This document shows, in pieces, positions 19,401 to 26,866 of a DNA stretch of 64,000 nucleotides. The stretch is from NCBI GenBank assembly GCA_038148515.1, contig JAYQVP010000001.1, positions 294,102-358,101 of the forward strand, in the 5' to 3' direction. Source of the stretch: Poseidonia sp. GTDB taxonomy: Archaea > Thermoplasmatota > Poseidoniia > Poseidoniales > Poseidoniaceae. Numbering within the stretch: position 1 is the first letter of the stretch; every line of letters begins with the position of its first letter. A program made the position numbers and the translations under genes. The notes under the pieces are model-generated. The model was not told the origin of the DNA, ran no database searches, and saw only the letters and a program-made list of their open reading frames with translations.

Positions 19401-19867
19401 TCAGGACTCCAATCCACGCTGCAAATACCGGCTGAACCGCCGCCCCATCCACCAATGCAACTCCCGCTCGACACGAGAACGGCGGAAGACACCACGTTCA
19501 CGTGGGTTGAGGTGTTCCAAACCCGAAGTTGTGTGGCCGAAGCGGTCACGGCCAGGTCGCCCGAGGGGTTGTAATCCACAGCGAGGATGTCGTAACTGGT
19601 CGTGAGCACCATTTCGTTTGAAAAATTGGGATTGTTGGAGGTCCATCCATCGGCGGCATCGGAGGTGCCGTCGCCGTCGCGGTCGGGGCAACCGGTGCGA
19701 TCCACCGTTGAATCTCCCGCTGCAAACGGACAATCATCCAGGGCATCGTCAACGCCATCCCCGTCTGAATCTGCTGCTTGGACAGCGGGTAGGGAGCCTA
19801 GCACCATCATGGTGATGAGAACGAAGGCGAGAAGTCGGCGGACTGGGCGTTCGGAAACAGAAGCCAT
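16424..19867 (-). CDS. Membrane-anchored surface protein: WD40-like propeller plus long thrombospondin type-3 repeat stalk
   Basis: Signal peptide, SPDG propeller repeats, many DAFPxDxTQWxDxDGDGYGDN repeats, C-terminal TM and cytoplasmic tail. Confidence 0.85.
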   Translation of the reverse strand: MASVSERPVRRLLAFVLITMMVLGSLPAVQAADSDGDGVDDALDDCPFAAGDSTVDRTGCPDRDGDGTSDAADGWTSNNPNFSNEMVLTTSYDILAVDYNPSGDLAVTASATQLRVWNTSTHVNVVSSAVLVSSGSCIGGWGGGSAGICSVDWSPDGQYIAATLSDDTAAVFWANNLTAIHTGLTHTGGSRLFSDVAFMANSTSFAVVDETSGGGGGGCSGCSVMFFDIATGSLWQELTPGNGNTFSSVTFSPDGTRMAVGADGDIFILNTSNWQVVRTISSGNYNYNAVHISPDGTLVSACTAGGQQPARGGVWNMMTGAQLFQKSMTTTCFDTEFSPDGTQVAYALNYYGTDGATTFLYQTTSGAQVDTYSTPQPGGCTSFQNNNCGAHYGLAWHPGGYDMVLSVGRNDEGVYFLFADLDPDNDGYNSTDQGDGIVDAFPDDGTQWDDTDNDGYGDNPAPANQPDECVTVPGTSTEDRYGCPDGDGDGWSDAGDWAPADPAQWMDSDGDGHGDNYYFDLDVYQFQVNQSGDAFPNDPTQWNDTDGDGYGDNYENASWSPNRPSTWPGLLLPSANEPDAFPLDRTQHLDTDGDGFGDNQNSDRADGCPTTPGTSQYDRLGCVDTDGDGFSDETPGWPSTPDCFGADAFPNDPTQWCDEDGDGFGSNSSGNNADDCPSSAGTSTVDRQGCADRDGDGYSNAGDPFPDDATQWSDRDGDNRGDNASGNNPDTFPDDSSQWKDTDGDGYGDNPGGNNGDAFPSDATQWSDEDGDGYGDNIEGNNGDICPLQYGESQAAESRGCPDSDLDGVTDPLDAFPNDPFQWADADGDGYGDNTAVPNGDDCVEVFGKSTKEGRLGCPDADLDGFADVDDAFPEDHEQWMDSDGDGYGDNYFWENMTVADEENEGMFLVLRDQRGDAFPTIASQWSDVDGDGWGDNISSSNRVDNFPLRASQWLDFDGDGYGDNATGYQYDSCNKVPGTSYREDYYGCPDVDGDGAADEYDPCPWDPEVFEGAKSTAVCSITSDPNAPAAEEEGFLEGQSGTITMMLGAVLFMLALIFVAQISRAAGKRKALAVKREEQMMNESFAEEEERRQAWIQHYVSQGNYAEARALGWEGTEGLPEWKQHELQQQAAAEAAIPTMMDLDNY

Positions 19868-20127
19868 GATTCGCCATGGATGTTCAAATAAAAGCGTTGT
19901 TCTTGATTTGCTCTGTTTTGCATCATGCCCCAAACGTTGGCATCGTCGTTGAAAACGAAGCACTGCACGACCGATAAACCAACCATGGGCCTTCCCATGC
20001 AGAGGCGGCCATCCGATAAGACGGGGCATTAGACCGTACCGATGCACGAACTGTATCTTATGTGGGTCTACAGAGGGTTGAATTCTAAAATTGAAATCTT
20101 ATTGCTGATGGCTTGCAGTGCGAAATA

Positions 20128-21072
20128 ATGCGAGTTCTGATAACGGGCGGAGATGGATTCATTGGCCAAAATTTAGCGCTAAGTTTACTCGAACGGGGAG
20201 ATGATGTCGACATATTGGATAATCATGTTACATCAAAACCAACACTCAACCATGAAAATCTTTCAAGAACGGTAGGTGATGTTTGTGACATTTTCGACCT
20301 CATTTCCGAAGATGAGGGGCCTGATGTCATTGTACATCTTGCTTCTGTTGCAATTCCAAAACTGTACATGAAAGAACCTGATTTTGTTATTCGGCCAAAC
20401 GTAATTGGCACAAACGAAGTTTGTAGATTGGCTGAAAAATACAAATCCAGAGTCATTTTTGCCTCAACGAGTGAAGTATACGGTTCAACCATTGATAATT
20501 CAACAGTAGGAACTTCATTATCCGAAGATTCGGATTCACATTCATCTTTGCTAAGCCCAAGAACACCATACTCCATCTCCAAAAAAATGGGAGAAGAAAT
20601 TATTCGTTCGTTCGTCCACAAAGGAAATTCAGGTTGCTCAATCCGGTTTTTCAATGTAGTTGGCCCGAATATGGATCACGCAGTCCAAGGTTACGGCCGA
20701 GTTATTCCAAATTTCGTGGATTCGATTGTTCAAAATGAGCCCCTCACGATATACGGGGATGGTCAGCAAACTCGGTGCTTTTTATGGATAAGTGATGCAG
20801 TTTCAGCATTGTTGAAATTAATTGATTTTGAGAGTGAACTTCCACTCGTAGTGAACATCGGGCATTCTCAGCAGACATCAATATTGAATCTTGCACACTT
20901 ATTCAACGAAATTTCAGGTACTCAAAACGCGATAGTTTTCTCTGAAAAATTACCCGATGAGCCAAAGCATAGAAGACCAAACATATCGCTCGCTAAATCA
21001 ATATTGGATTGGGAGCCTACAAAGGAATTACGTGATATTGTTTCTACAATTTTGAGCGAGGTTTCGAAATGA
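20128..21072 (+). CDS. NAD-dependent epimerase/dehydratase, UDP-glucuronate decarboxylase (UXS/ArnA)-like
   Basis: GGDGFIG, HLAS, ASTSEVYG, YSISK, RFFNVVGP, GRVIPNF, YGDGQQTR, PKHRRPNI. Confidence 0.85.
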   Translation: MRVLITGGDGFIGQNLALSLLERGDDVDILDNHVTSKPTLNHENLSRTVGDVCDIFDLISEDEGPDVIVHLASVAIPKLYMKEPDFVIRPNVIGTNEVCRLAEKYKSRVIFASTSEVYGSTIDNSTVGTSLSEDSDSHSSLLSPRTPYSISKKMGEEIIRSFVHKGNSGCSIRFFNVVGPNMDHAVQGYGRVIPNFVDSIVQNEPLTIYGDGQQTRCFLWISDAVSALLKLIDFESELPLVVNIGHSQQTSILNLAHLFNEISGTQNAIVFSEKLPDEPKHRRPNISLAKSILDWEPTKELRDIVSTILSEVSK

Positions 21073-22061
21073 AAATTCCGTTATCAAAGCCCAAAATAGA
21101 CTCCCAAAAAAACATGGTCATCGACGTCACCTATGTTTGTAATTACAGCTGCAATTATTGCCGTTGGGGGTCTTCAGATACCCCAGGTAGATTTCATCAA
21201 TTACTTGAGAAGATTCTCGTTGAGAGAAAGGAACTTGAATCCATCGGAGTTGAAAGAATTGTTCTTTCGGGAGGCGAACCATTGCTGCACCCCGATATCA
21301 ACGAAATCGTACGCCACTTTTCCAATCTCGTTGAAGATGTTATATTGATCACGAATGGTTGGCTAGCAGATTTTTCGAAAATTAAAACCTTAATCGATAA
21401 TGGCTTGACTGGTGTCGCCTTTTCGATTGATTCAATAGAACCCTCAATATTACAGGCCTCAAGAGATATGACTGAGAAACAGATTGAACGATCGCTAACG
21501 AATTTCAAAACTATTTCAGATGCACGCAATCGCAAAGAAATTTGTGTAGAATTAGGAATTAACTGTGTTGTGTCCTCTGCTAATTGTTCAATGAAGAGTA
21601 TTTCCAATTTATTGGAATGGTCTGTATCGCATAATTTGGATTATGTTAATTTTAATATGATATTTGATGATGGATATAGCGGCATTCATGCACCTCAGCT
21701 TCTTCTCACGCAATCCCACACAAATGAAATACTCACTATTGCGAACTTCCTCAACTCACAACCTCCGAACATTCACACCAATTCCTACACGTTTTGGCTA
21801 ACAATTGCAGCGATGCTGAATGGATCTAAACTCGACGGTGCATCATGTGGTTTAAGGGATAGGCAAACCCTTCTTTACAGAGGGAAGTATCATTTCTGTG
21901 CATGGTTAGAAAATCCCACTTTGGGCGAGGTTGGTGCAACGAATGTAGATACTGTTACAAAGGCTAGAGCCAACTTCCAAAAGGCATCTAGAGAATGTTT
22001 TACTGGACCGCATTGCCATTGTTTACAAAGCACCAATCACGAATGGGAGTTGATTCATTGA
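21069..22061 (+). CDS. Radical SAM protein with a Cys-rich C-terminal extension
   Basis: CNYSCNYC (CxxxCxxC), SGGEPLLHP, ITNG, FSIDS; C-terminal C...C...CxxxxxCxC. Confidence 0.9.
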   Translation: MKIPLSKPKIDSQKNMVIDVTYVCNYSCNYCRWGSSDTPGRFHQLLEKILVERKELESIGVERIVLSGGEPLLHPDINEIVRHFSNLVEDVILITNGWLADFSKIKTLIDNGLTGVAFSIDSIEPSILQASRDMTEKQIERSLTNFKTISDARNRKEICVELGINCVVSSANCSMKSISNLLEWSVSHNLDYVNFNMIFDDGYSGIHAPQLLLTQSHTNEILTIANFLNSQPPNIHTNSYTFWLTIAAMLNGSKLDGASCGLRDRQTLLYRGKYHFCAWLENPTLGEVGATNVDTVTKARANFQKASRECFTGPHCHCLQSTNHEWELIH

Positions 22062-23176
22062 TGACTAAAGATGCGATAACATTGGATATTGTTATCCCAT
22101 CATTTCGAGCCGATGTTGCCGTTCTAAACTCAATTCGCAATCTTTCCATTCCGAAGAATATGATTCGCAAAATAATTGTCGTTTTAGATGACCCTGTACA
22201 CCCTCTTCCGCGCGAGTTGGATGATTGGTCGACTTTTGACGACCTCATCATAATCAGGAATGAAGTGAATCTTGGAGCAAGTGGTGCTCGAAATCAAGGA
22301 ATCGATGCAGCACGTTCTGATTGGGTATTATTCTTAGATGACGATATTTATCCTGAACCGGACTTGCTCCATGTTTATGCCAAGAGCATTGAAGAGAAGG
22401 GGCGCGAAGTCCCTGGTTTTGTGGGTGTTACGCGTCTACCAGAAACAGTCAGTTCCTTTACGAAAGGAATTGTGGCATCTGATATACTGACGTTTTTCGA
22501 TCTTGCAGAACATCGCGAACACATGCCATGGGGCGTGACTGCTAATTTGTTGGTTCGAAGAGATGCAATTGGAAATCATCGATTCAAATCGATATTTCCC
22601 AAGTCCGGAGGTGGAGAGGATATTGATTTCTGTTTGGAAATTGTCAATTCATTCGGCAAGAACTTCTCCACAGAACCAAATGCAGTTGTTCATCATCCAT
22701 GGTGGAATAATTCTACCCGTACCTACCGCCGTTTCTTTAGATGGGCCTATGGGGATTCAAACCTGCCTGCACTCCATCCACAACATCGATGGAGAAATTT
22801 CCCGAATACAGCAGAATTGCTCATCATATGCCTGTTGAGTGTCATCCCATTCATCCTCGTCGACGAATCCTCTCCAAAATTGATGCTTCTTACCGTTTCA
22901 GGAATTGTTATTGGTGAGTTTTTTTCAGAATGGTTACGGCTTCTTCTTGTCAAATCTATAAAAAATCCATTAACGGCAATCGAATCTTCGTGTGTGCGAT
23001 TTTCGAATGATCTCGGCCGAGTAAAAGCAGTTTTAGAATCAATGAAACTTTGGAGAATTTCTGAAAGGTTCGATTATGCAGCTACCGGCGAGTGGATCTG
23101 GGGTGAAAGGAGGTGGGCATTTGTTAGACTCGCCTGGCAAATTTTCTTCTGTGTTTTGTTATGGTGGTTAACATGA
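22061..23176 (+). CDS. GT2 glycosyltransferase with C-terminal membrane helices
   Basis: IVIPSFR, GASGARNQG, FLDDD, GGGEDIDF; hydrophobic C-terminus. Confidence 0.85.
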   Translation: MTKDAITLDIVIPSFRADVAVLNSIRNLSIPKNMIRKIIVVLDDPVHPLPRELDDWSTFDDLIIIRNEVNLGASGARNQGIDAARSDWVLFLDDDIYPEPDLLHVYAKSIEEKGREVPGFVGVTRLPETVSSFTKGIVASDILTFFDLAEHREHMPWGVTANLLVRRDAIGNHRFKSIFPKSGGGEDIDFCLEIVNSFGKNFSTEPNAVVHHPWWNNSTRTYRRFFRWAYGDSNLPALHPQHRWRNFPNTAELLIICLLSVIPFILVDESSPKLMLLTVSGIVIGEFFSEWLRLLLVKSIKNPLTAIESSCVRFSNDLGRVKAVLESMKLWRISERFDYAATGEWIWGERRWAFVRLAWQIFFCVLLWWLT

Positions 23177-23943
23177 TTGGCACAGATTTACCTATCATTC
23201 GGTCTTTTTGGTTCGGCAAACCACTGAATTGGATTTGTCATCTCTCAATGAAATCGTATCTTCGCCAAGGTCATACTTTTGAGTTATACTGCTATGAAGA
23301 CCTACCCGTCCCAGAAGGTGTCATTCGTATGGATGCAAATGAAATAATTCCTGAATCAGCATCGTTTCAAATGATGAAGTCAGTAGATGGGATTAGAGGT
23401 AGATACTCGACGTTTGCAAACATCTTTCGATACAAACTGCTGTTCGAGAAGGGGGGCGTTTGGTCCGATTTAGATTCTATTTGCATAAAACCGTTGATTT
23501 TTGACGATAGTATCGAGGTCATGTTTGCAACGGAAAAGAGTCGATCGGGTATTGAAATAAATAATTGCAATATTTTTGTGTCGAGAAGCGGAAATCCGTT
23601 GTTCGAGAAACTTTACACCTCAGCCATACATCAACGATTGGAGTCTCTCGAACATCTGAGTTTCAACAAGGATTACATCATTGAAACGATGGAGAAAATG
23701 GGGATTGATTGGACGGCGTATGCCTCGCCAAGCAAAATGTTTTGTCCGATTCCGTGGTTTAAAATCCATCAACTCTTCAGTCCCAAACATGAATTCGAAT
23801 TGATGAAAATGATTGAACATACATATGCAATCCATCTCTACAACAACATCATAGAAGCGGATTATCCGGAATTCCTCATCTCCAAACGCAATAAAACATC
23901 TTTTATATCTAACTTAGAATCTTTTGTTGAGTCTCTTGATTGA
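23173..23943 (+). CDS. DXD-type glycosyltransferase (GT32 / alpha-1,4-GT-like)
   Basis: SFWFG, LSMKSY, DANEI, FANIFRYKLL...GGVWSDLDSICIKP, YAIHLYN. Confidence 0.8.
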   Translation: MIGTDLPIIRSFWFGKPLNWICHLSMKSYLRQGHTFELYCYEDLPVPEGVIRMDANEIIPESASFQMMKSVDGIRGRYSTFANIFRYKLLFEKGGVWSDLDSICIKPLIFDDSIEVMFATEKSRSGIEINNCNIFVSRSGNPLFEKLYTSAIHQRLESLEHLSFNKDYIIETMEKMGIDWTAYASPSKMFCPIPWFKIHQLFSPKHEFELMKMIEHTYAIHLYNNIIEADYPEFLISKRNKTSFISNLESFVESLD

Positions 23944-24111
23944 ACGAAATCAATATCGCTTCTTGTGGTTTGATACGTACAACCGACATATCATATTCAT
24001 GAAATTGCAAGGGTTCACTCAAACTCCTCAAGAGAGTATAGAGGAGTACAATGGGCGTTCAATCCCCCCAGTATACTCGCTACCCTATGAGTGAAACCGC
24101 TTGAAGTGCGC

Positions 24112-24145
24112 TCGTGCGGTCGTGCAGTCGTGTGGTCGTGTGGTC
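24112..24145 (+). repeat. Four tandem copies of an 8-bp unit TCGTGYRG upstream of the HTH-STAND gene
   Basis: tcgtgcgg tcgtgcag tcgtgtgg tcgtgtgg tc, read directly. Confidence 0.75.
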
Positions 24146-24181
24146 AAAGCGTTGAACAACACCGACCATCACCCTGCACGC

Positions 24182-25732
24182 ATGGCGGGTGACATTCCTA
24201 AGGTCAATGTCGCCGCCAAAGACCGTGTCCTGTTGCACCTCTTGGCCAACGATTCCTGGGCCAACCGCTACCTTGTCCCGCCCAGCATGACCCGCCCCGG
24301 CATCGCTGAGGCATGCGCCCAACATCCGCCCAACGTCAGCCGGACCATGCGTGACCTGCTGAAAGAGGCGTTGGTGGAAGAACATACCCGCGCCGTGCAG
24401 GGCGATGAACGCCGGCAGAAGACCTGGCAGTTGACCGGAACCGGACGAGCCCAAGCCAAGCAACGTCATGCCGCCCTACGCAAGACCAACATCCTCGTCC
24501 GCAACATGGACGGCGACCTTTTGGAAGTCAAAGCCTCTGAAGCCTCGGGCCTGCTCAACACGGATTTGAGCCTCCTGCAAATCCTTCTGCATGCTCAGCA
24601 CGAAGGCGTACTTACTTACGGCGACATCCGGTTTGGAACCATTCGCAAATCCGAAGACGGAAACCTCCCTCCACCTGGCCGGCTCACACCGCTGGTGGGG
24701 GTCCACGCAACCTACGCCAATGCGCCACCCGTCACCCGTCCGGTCTACGGTCGCGACGACGAGTTGGCGACCATGCGCACCTGGTTTGAGGACCGCCATC
24801 CTTGCATGGTGATTCACGGCATTGCCGGCATCGGAAAGTCCACACTGGTAGCCCATTGGCTGCAAGAGCGTATGGAAACTGACCCCCATTTGTCCGTGTG
24901 TTGGTACACCTGTCAGCCGTGGGATCGGGCGCTTGGTTTGGCAACGAGCCTCTTGCACCGCTTCGGCATCGACGAGACGCACGACCCGTACCGAATCATC
25001 GACACCTTGCCCTTGACACCCGGAGCGGACATGGATGTGGACGCATGGCGGCGACGATTGTTGGCCTACATGACCGATGCGAACACCATCCGTGAACGGT
25101 TCAAGGACGCTGCTGGCGGCCCTCCGCCCTACTGGCTCATCGTGTTGGACGATGTGCACCACATCGCTTCACCCGCTCGGCATTTGCTCGGCTCGCTCTT
25201 GGAATTGGCGAAACAAGCACCGTTGCGCATCGTGATGGTGTCGCGAACTGAGATGGATGTCTACGACCGAAGGGACGTTCACATTCGAAAGACTGTGCGC
25301 GAACTTCCTCTTTCTGGCCTGTCCCTCGAAGCCACCAAGGCTTGGTTATCCAGTTTGGAGGGCGAAGATTCGCCCGAAGCCTCGGAGGTACACGCCGCTA
25401 CCGGCGGTCACCCGTTGGCCTTGGAGTTGCTCGAACTGTACGGACAACCCACCCATAAAGACTGGCTGAGGTTCCTCGACGAGGAAATTCTGTTGCGACT
25501 CCCCGAGCAAGAATTGGAATTGCTGTCCACGTTGGCCGTAGCGACAAAACCCGTCGAGTGGGCGACCCTGGCCAAAAGTGTCAGCTGGAACGGCCCTCCA
25601 CCGGGCAACCTCTTGCAGCACGGTTTGCTGTTGGAACTTGAGGACGGCATGTGGTTGCACGAGGCCCTCAAAGAACGGTTGCTGCGTGACGTGGGCGACG
25701 AGCAAGAACGCCGCAAGGCGCGTCTGGCGTGA
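24182..25732 (+). CDS. N-terminal wHTH plus STAND/NB-ARC-like P-loop ATPase
   Basis: HTH (TRPGIAEA...NVSRTMRDL), VYGRDDEL, Walker A GIAGIGKS, Walker B LIVLDDVH, VSR, GGHPLAL, LHEAL. Confidence 0.8.
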   Translation: MAGDIPKVNVAAKDRVLLHLLANDSWANRYLVPPSMTRPGIAEACAQHPPNVSRTMRDLLKEALVEEHTRAVQGDERRQKTWQLTGTGRAQAKQRHAALRKTNILVRNMDGDLLEVKASEASGLLNTDLSLLQILLHAQHEGVLTYGDIRFGTIRKSEDGNLPPPGRLTPLVGVHATYANAPPVTRPVYGRDDELATMRTWFEDRHPCMVIHGIAGIGKSTLVAHWLQERMETDPHLSVCWYTCQPWDRALGLATSLLHRFGIDETHDPYRIIDTLPLTPGADMDVDAWRRRLLAYMTDANTIRERFKDAAGGPPPYWLIVLDDVHHIASPARHLLGSLLELAKQAPLRIVMVSRTEMDVYDRRDVHIRKTVRELPLSGLSLEATKAWLSSLEGEDSPEASEVHAATGGHPLALELLELYGQPTHKDWLRFLDEEILLRLPEQELELLSTLAVATKPVEWATLAKSVSWNGPPPGNLLQHGLLLELEDGMWLHEALKERLLRDVGDEQERRKARLA

Positions 25733-25733
25733 A

Positions 25734-26063
25734 TCAGAAGTCGTCGGCCGACATCACTTCGTCAATCCATGCTAACAGTTTGGTCTTGGGCATACCGCCC
25801 GTCTTGTTGCTGACCATCTGGCCGTTGTGGTACATGAAGAGCGCTGGAATGCTGCGGACGCCGAGTTGACCGGCCGTGGCCTGATTGACGTCGGTGTTCA
25901 CCTTCGCCACCACGAGTTCTCGCTCCTGAGCGACGGCTTCGAGCACGGGGCCGATGGCTTTGCAGGGGCCGCACCACGGAGCCCAAAAGTCGACGATGAC
26001 CCACTCGCTGTCGTTGATGGTGGCGTTGAATTCGGCATCGGATACGTCTCTGACTTCGCCCAT
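25734..26063 (-). CDS. trxA: Thioredoxin
   Basis: DFWAPWCGPCK, VRSIP. Confidence 0.95.
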   Translation of the reverse strand: MGEVRDVSDAEFNATINDSEWVIVDFWAPWCGPCKAIGPVLEAVAQERELVVAKVNTDVNQATAGQLGVRSIPALFMYHNGQMVSNKTGGMPKTKLLAWIDEVMSADDF

Positions 26064-26182
26064 GGCTGTTCCCATCGAAGGGTCGAAGAGCCGCATTATA
26101 GGCGTTTGTGCGCCCCATCATGGCGGTGTTGGGGACGGTAAGCCTCTTCATGTGCCGTCCCGTGCCTTGCATGAGGCTTGAC

Positions 26183-26854
26183 ATGATCATCGCCCCCAGT
26201 GTGCTGACGGCCAACTTGGCAGACCTCGCTTCAGACTGCAACGAAGCGCTGGACGCCGGACTTGACTGGCTTCATCTGGACGTGATGGACGGTAACTTCG
26301 TGCCCAACCTCACGTTCGGGCCGCCGGTGATTCGCAGCCTACGAGCGGCGCTTGGCCCCGAGGCGACCTTTGACGCCCATCTCATGATCGAGAACGCCGA
26401 AGCCTCCTTCCAAGACTACATCGATGCGGGGTGCAACCACATCTCTGTTCACGTGGAAGCGGTGAAACACCTGCACCGACTGCTCACCGCCATTCGTCAA
26501 GGTGGCGCAACCGTTGGCATTGTCCTCAACCCCGCCACCCCCGTGGAAGCAGCGCTTGAAGTCTTGAGCGAGGTGGACTTGGTTCTCATCATGAGCGTGA
26601 ACCCCGGGTTCGGCGGCCAGTCGTTCATTCCCAACGTGGAGAGCAAAATCAAACGCCTGGCCACGGCTATTCAAGAGCAGGTCGCCAACGGCGGACGCCC
26701 CGTTCAGATTCAGGTCGATGGTGGCGTCAAGGCCCACAACATCGCCATGTTGCGGGACTGGGGCGTGACCAACTGCGTGGTCGGCTCGGGGTTGTTCAAC
26801 GCCCATGCCGATGTCGCCACAAACCTCGCCGACATCCATGCCGCCTTGAACTGA
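26183..26854 (+). CDS. rpe: Ribulose-phosphate 3-epimerase
   Basis: IAPSVL, HLDVMDGNFVPNLTFG, MSVNPGFGGQ, VDGGV. Confidence 0.95.
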   Translation: MIIAPSVLTANLADLASDCNEALDAGLDWLHLDVMDGNFVPNLTFGPPVIRSLRAALGPEATFDAHLMIENAEASFQDYIDAGCNHISVHVEAVKHLHRLLTAIRQGGATVGIVLNPATPVEAALEVLSEVDLVLIMSVNPGFGGQSFIPNVESKIKRLATAIQEQVANGGRPVQIQVDGGVKAHNIAMLRDWGVTNCVVGSGLFNAHADVATNLADIHAALN

Positions 26855-26866
26855 GGAGGGTGTAGC

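Larger units (their letters stand above)
20050..24100. other. AT-rich, probably horizontally acquired four-gene cassette
   Basis: Abrupt visible drop in GC relative to both flanks. The four genes are coupled by ATGA/TGATG overlaps. No integrase or transposase is present. Boundaries are approximate. Confidence 0.8.

Noticed and set aside
21069..22061. Radical SAM as a prokaryotic viperin, MoaA or RiPP maturase
   Set aside because: I did not recognise viperin- or MoaA-specific motifs, saw no precursor peptide, and the context is sugar enzymes. Not excluded without a search.
24034..24084. tRNA gene at the cassette edge
   Set aside because: Only a T-arm-like hairpin is present, with no D or anticodon arm. 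Kept as a structured-element finding.
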